Assembly (NCBI GenBank): GCA_014238095.1
Contig: JABABT010000017.1
Coordinates: 1-61,482, forward strand
Length of the DNA: 61,482 bases
Direction of reading: 5' to 3'
Source: Candidatus Aenigmatarchaeota archaeon
GTDB lineage: Archaea > Aenigmatarchaeota > Aenigmatarchaeia > CG10238-14 > SCSR01
In this document: piece after piece, positions 60,806 through 61,482 of the stretch
How positions within the stretch are numbered: position 1 is the stretch's first letter
Layout: each line of letters begins with the position of its first letter
Position numbers and translations under genes: made by a program
The notes under the pieces: model-generated
The model's database searches: none
What the model saw: only the letters and a program-made list of their open reading frames with translations
What the model was told of the DNA's origin: nothing

Positions 60806-61219
60806 ATGTCAAAAGGAGTATCAACAATAATAGCTACTTTATTGATGTTAGTAATAACAGTAGCTTTAGCAGGTACAGCATTTGGATACATTCAAGGAAT
60901 ATTTTCTACACAAGTAGAAGGTAATATTCAAATTGCTGATGTTACATGTAACTCAGATAAAGATATTAGAATAATAGTAAGAAATCTTGATCCAGTAAAT
61001 ACTGTTGACGCAAGTGATTTTATTGTTTCTATTGATGGTGTCTTACAAGATCCAGTAGATTGGAATAGAACACTTTCAACTACAGAAAATACTACAGTAC
61101 TAGATGCTGCTGGTAGAATAACAGGAACAATATATTCAACAGGATATGAAGGAACACAACAATTAAGACTTGTTGGTGGCGGAAATGCTGGAGCACTTGA
61201 AGCTTTAGTAACATGTTAA
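60806..61219 (+). CDS. Archaeal type IV pilin (PibD/ArlK-type class III signal)
   Basis: MSKG|VSTIIATLLMLVITVALAGTAF; relatively GC-rich codons; followed by T-rich terminator. Confidence 0.88.
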   Translation: MSKGVSTIIATLLMLVITVALAGTAFGYIQGIFSTQVEGNIQIADVTCNSDKDIRIIVRNLDPVNTVDASDFIVSIDGVLQDPVDWNRTLSTTENTTVLDAAGRITGTIYSTGYEGTQQLRLVGGGNAGALEALVTC

Positions 61220-61244
61220 CTAATAAAAATTAATAAAAGAGAAA

Positions 61245-61275
61245 TTTTTTAATTTATTTTTTTTTTTATTTATTT
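61245..61275 (+). terminator. Oligo-T tract, probable archaeal terminator of the pilin gene
   Basis: T-runs, the longest ~11 nt, 25-50 nt after the stop, between convergent genes. Confidence 0.45.
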
Positions 61276-61295
61276 ATAATTTTTAATATTATAAT

Positions 61296-61482
61296 TTATT
61301 GAATTATTCCATATCCAATTAATTTCCAATTCCCATTAATCAATCTAGAAATTACAACTCTTTCATTTTTATCTGCTGATATTGGAATTTTCAAATTAGT
61401 TTCAATATTATTTTGTTTCAATTTCTTTATTTCACCAACAGTTCTAGCAGAACCTACATTTAACAATAGATTCTCACCAACA
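61296..61482 (-). CDS. eif2g: Translation initiation factor aIF2 gamma, 3' end (partial)
   Basis: Manual translation VGENLLLNVGSARTVG..LKIPISA..RVVISR.INGNWKLIGYGIIQ*. Confidence 0.9.
   Translation of the reverse strand, partial: VGENLLLNVGSARTVGEIKKLKQNNIETNLKIPISADKNERVVISRLINGNWKLIGYGIIQ

Noticed and set aside
1..61482. Genome-wide reassignment of TAA to an amino acid
   Set aside because: Most genes here end properly at TAA at the expected family C-terminus; only context-dependent readthrough or error remains possible
1..61482. CRISPR array, rRNA, SRP or RNase P RNA, transposase
   Set aside because: No regularly spaced repeats, no long GC-rich structured segment and no transposase motifs seen

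Overview
A very AT-rich, gene-dense archaeal chromosome segment. The archaeal information-processing genes, scarce biosynthetic genes, tRNA-Ile(UAU) and many pilin-like genes suggest a DPANN lineage, possibly Aenigmarchaeota-like (inference, not a database result). It carries five aminoacyl-tRNA synthetases (Leu, His, Pro, class I Lys, Gly), PINA, aIF5B, Mre11/Rad50, both proteasome subunits, aCPSF1, a type IV pilus-like operon, the thermosome, Cdc6, a HerA-like ATPase, FEN1, the RNase P/proteasome/exosome superoperon and ribosomal/RNAP genes. Items missing from the ORF track that I read directly: three tRNAs (Arg-CCT, intron-containing Ile-TAT, Pro-TGG), a two-guide C/D-box sRNA apparently aimed at 16S rRNA C1402 and A900 (E. 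coli numbering), and five small or partial CDSs (a Zn-ribbon microprotein, Rpo12, eL39, eS31/S27ae, aIF2-gamma 3' end). The most striking pattern is a recurring set of single G->T differences at near-invariant positions on both strands. These include in-frame TAA codons in rrp4, a pilus-operon gene and possibly rnp4, an ATT in place of the rad50 ATG, and Trp->Leu or Gly->Cys changes in conserved motifs. An oxidative-damage (8-oxoG) sequencing or assembly artefact is the most parsimonious explanation; a real mutator or context-dependent UAA readthrough is the testable alternative. No CRISPR array, rRNA or mobile element was recognised.
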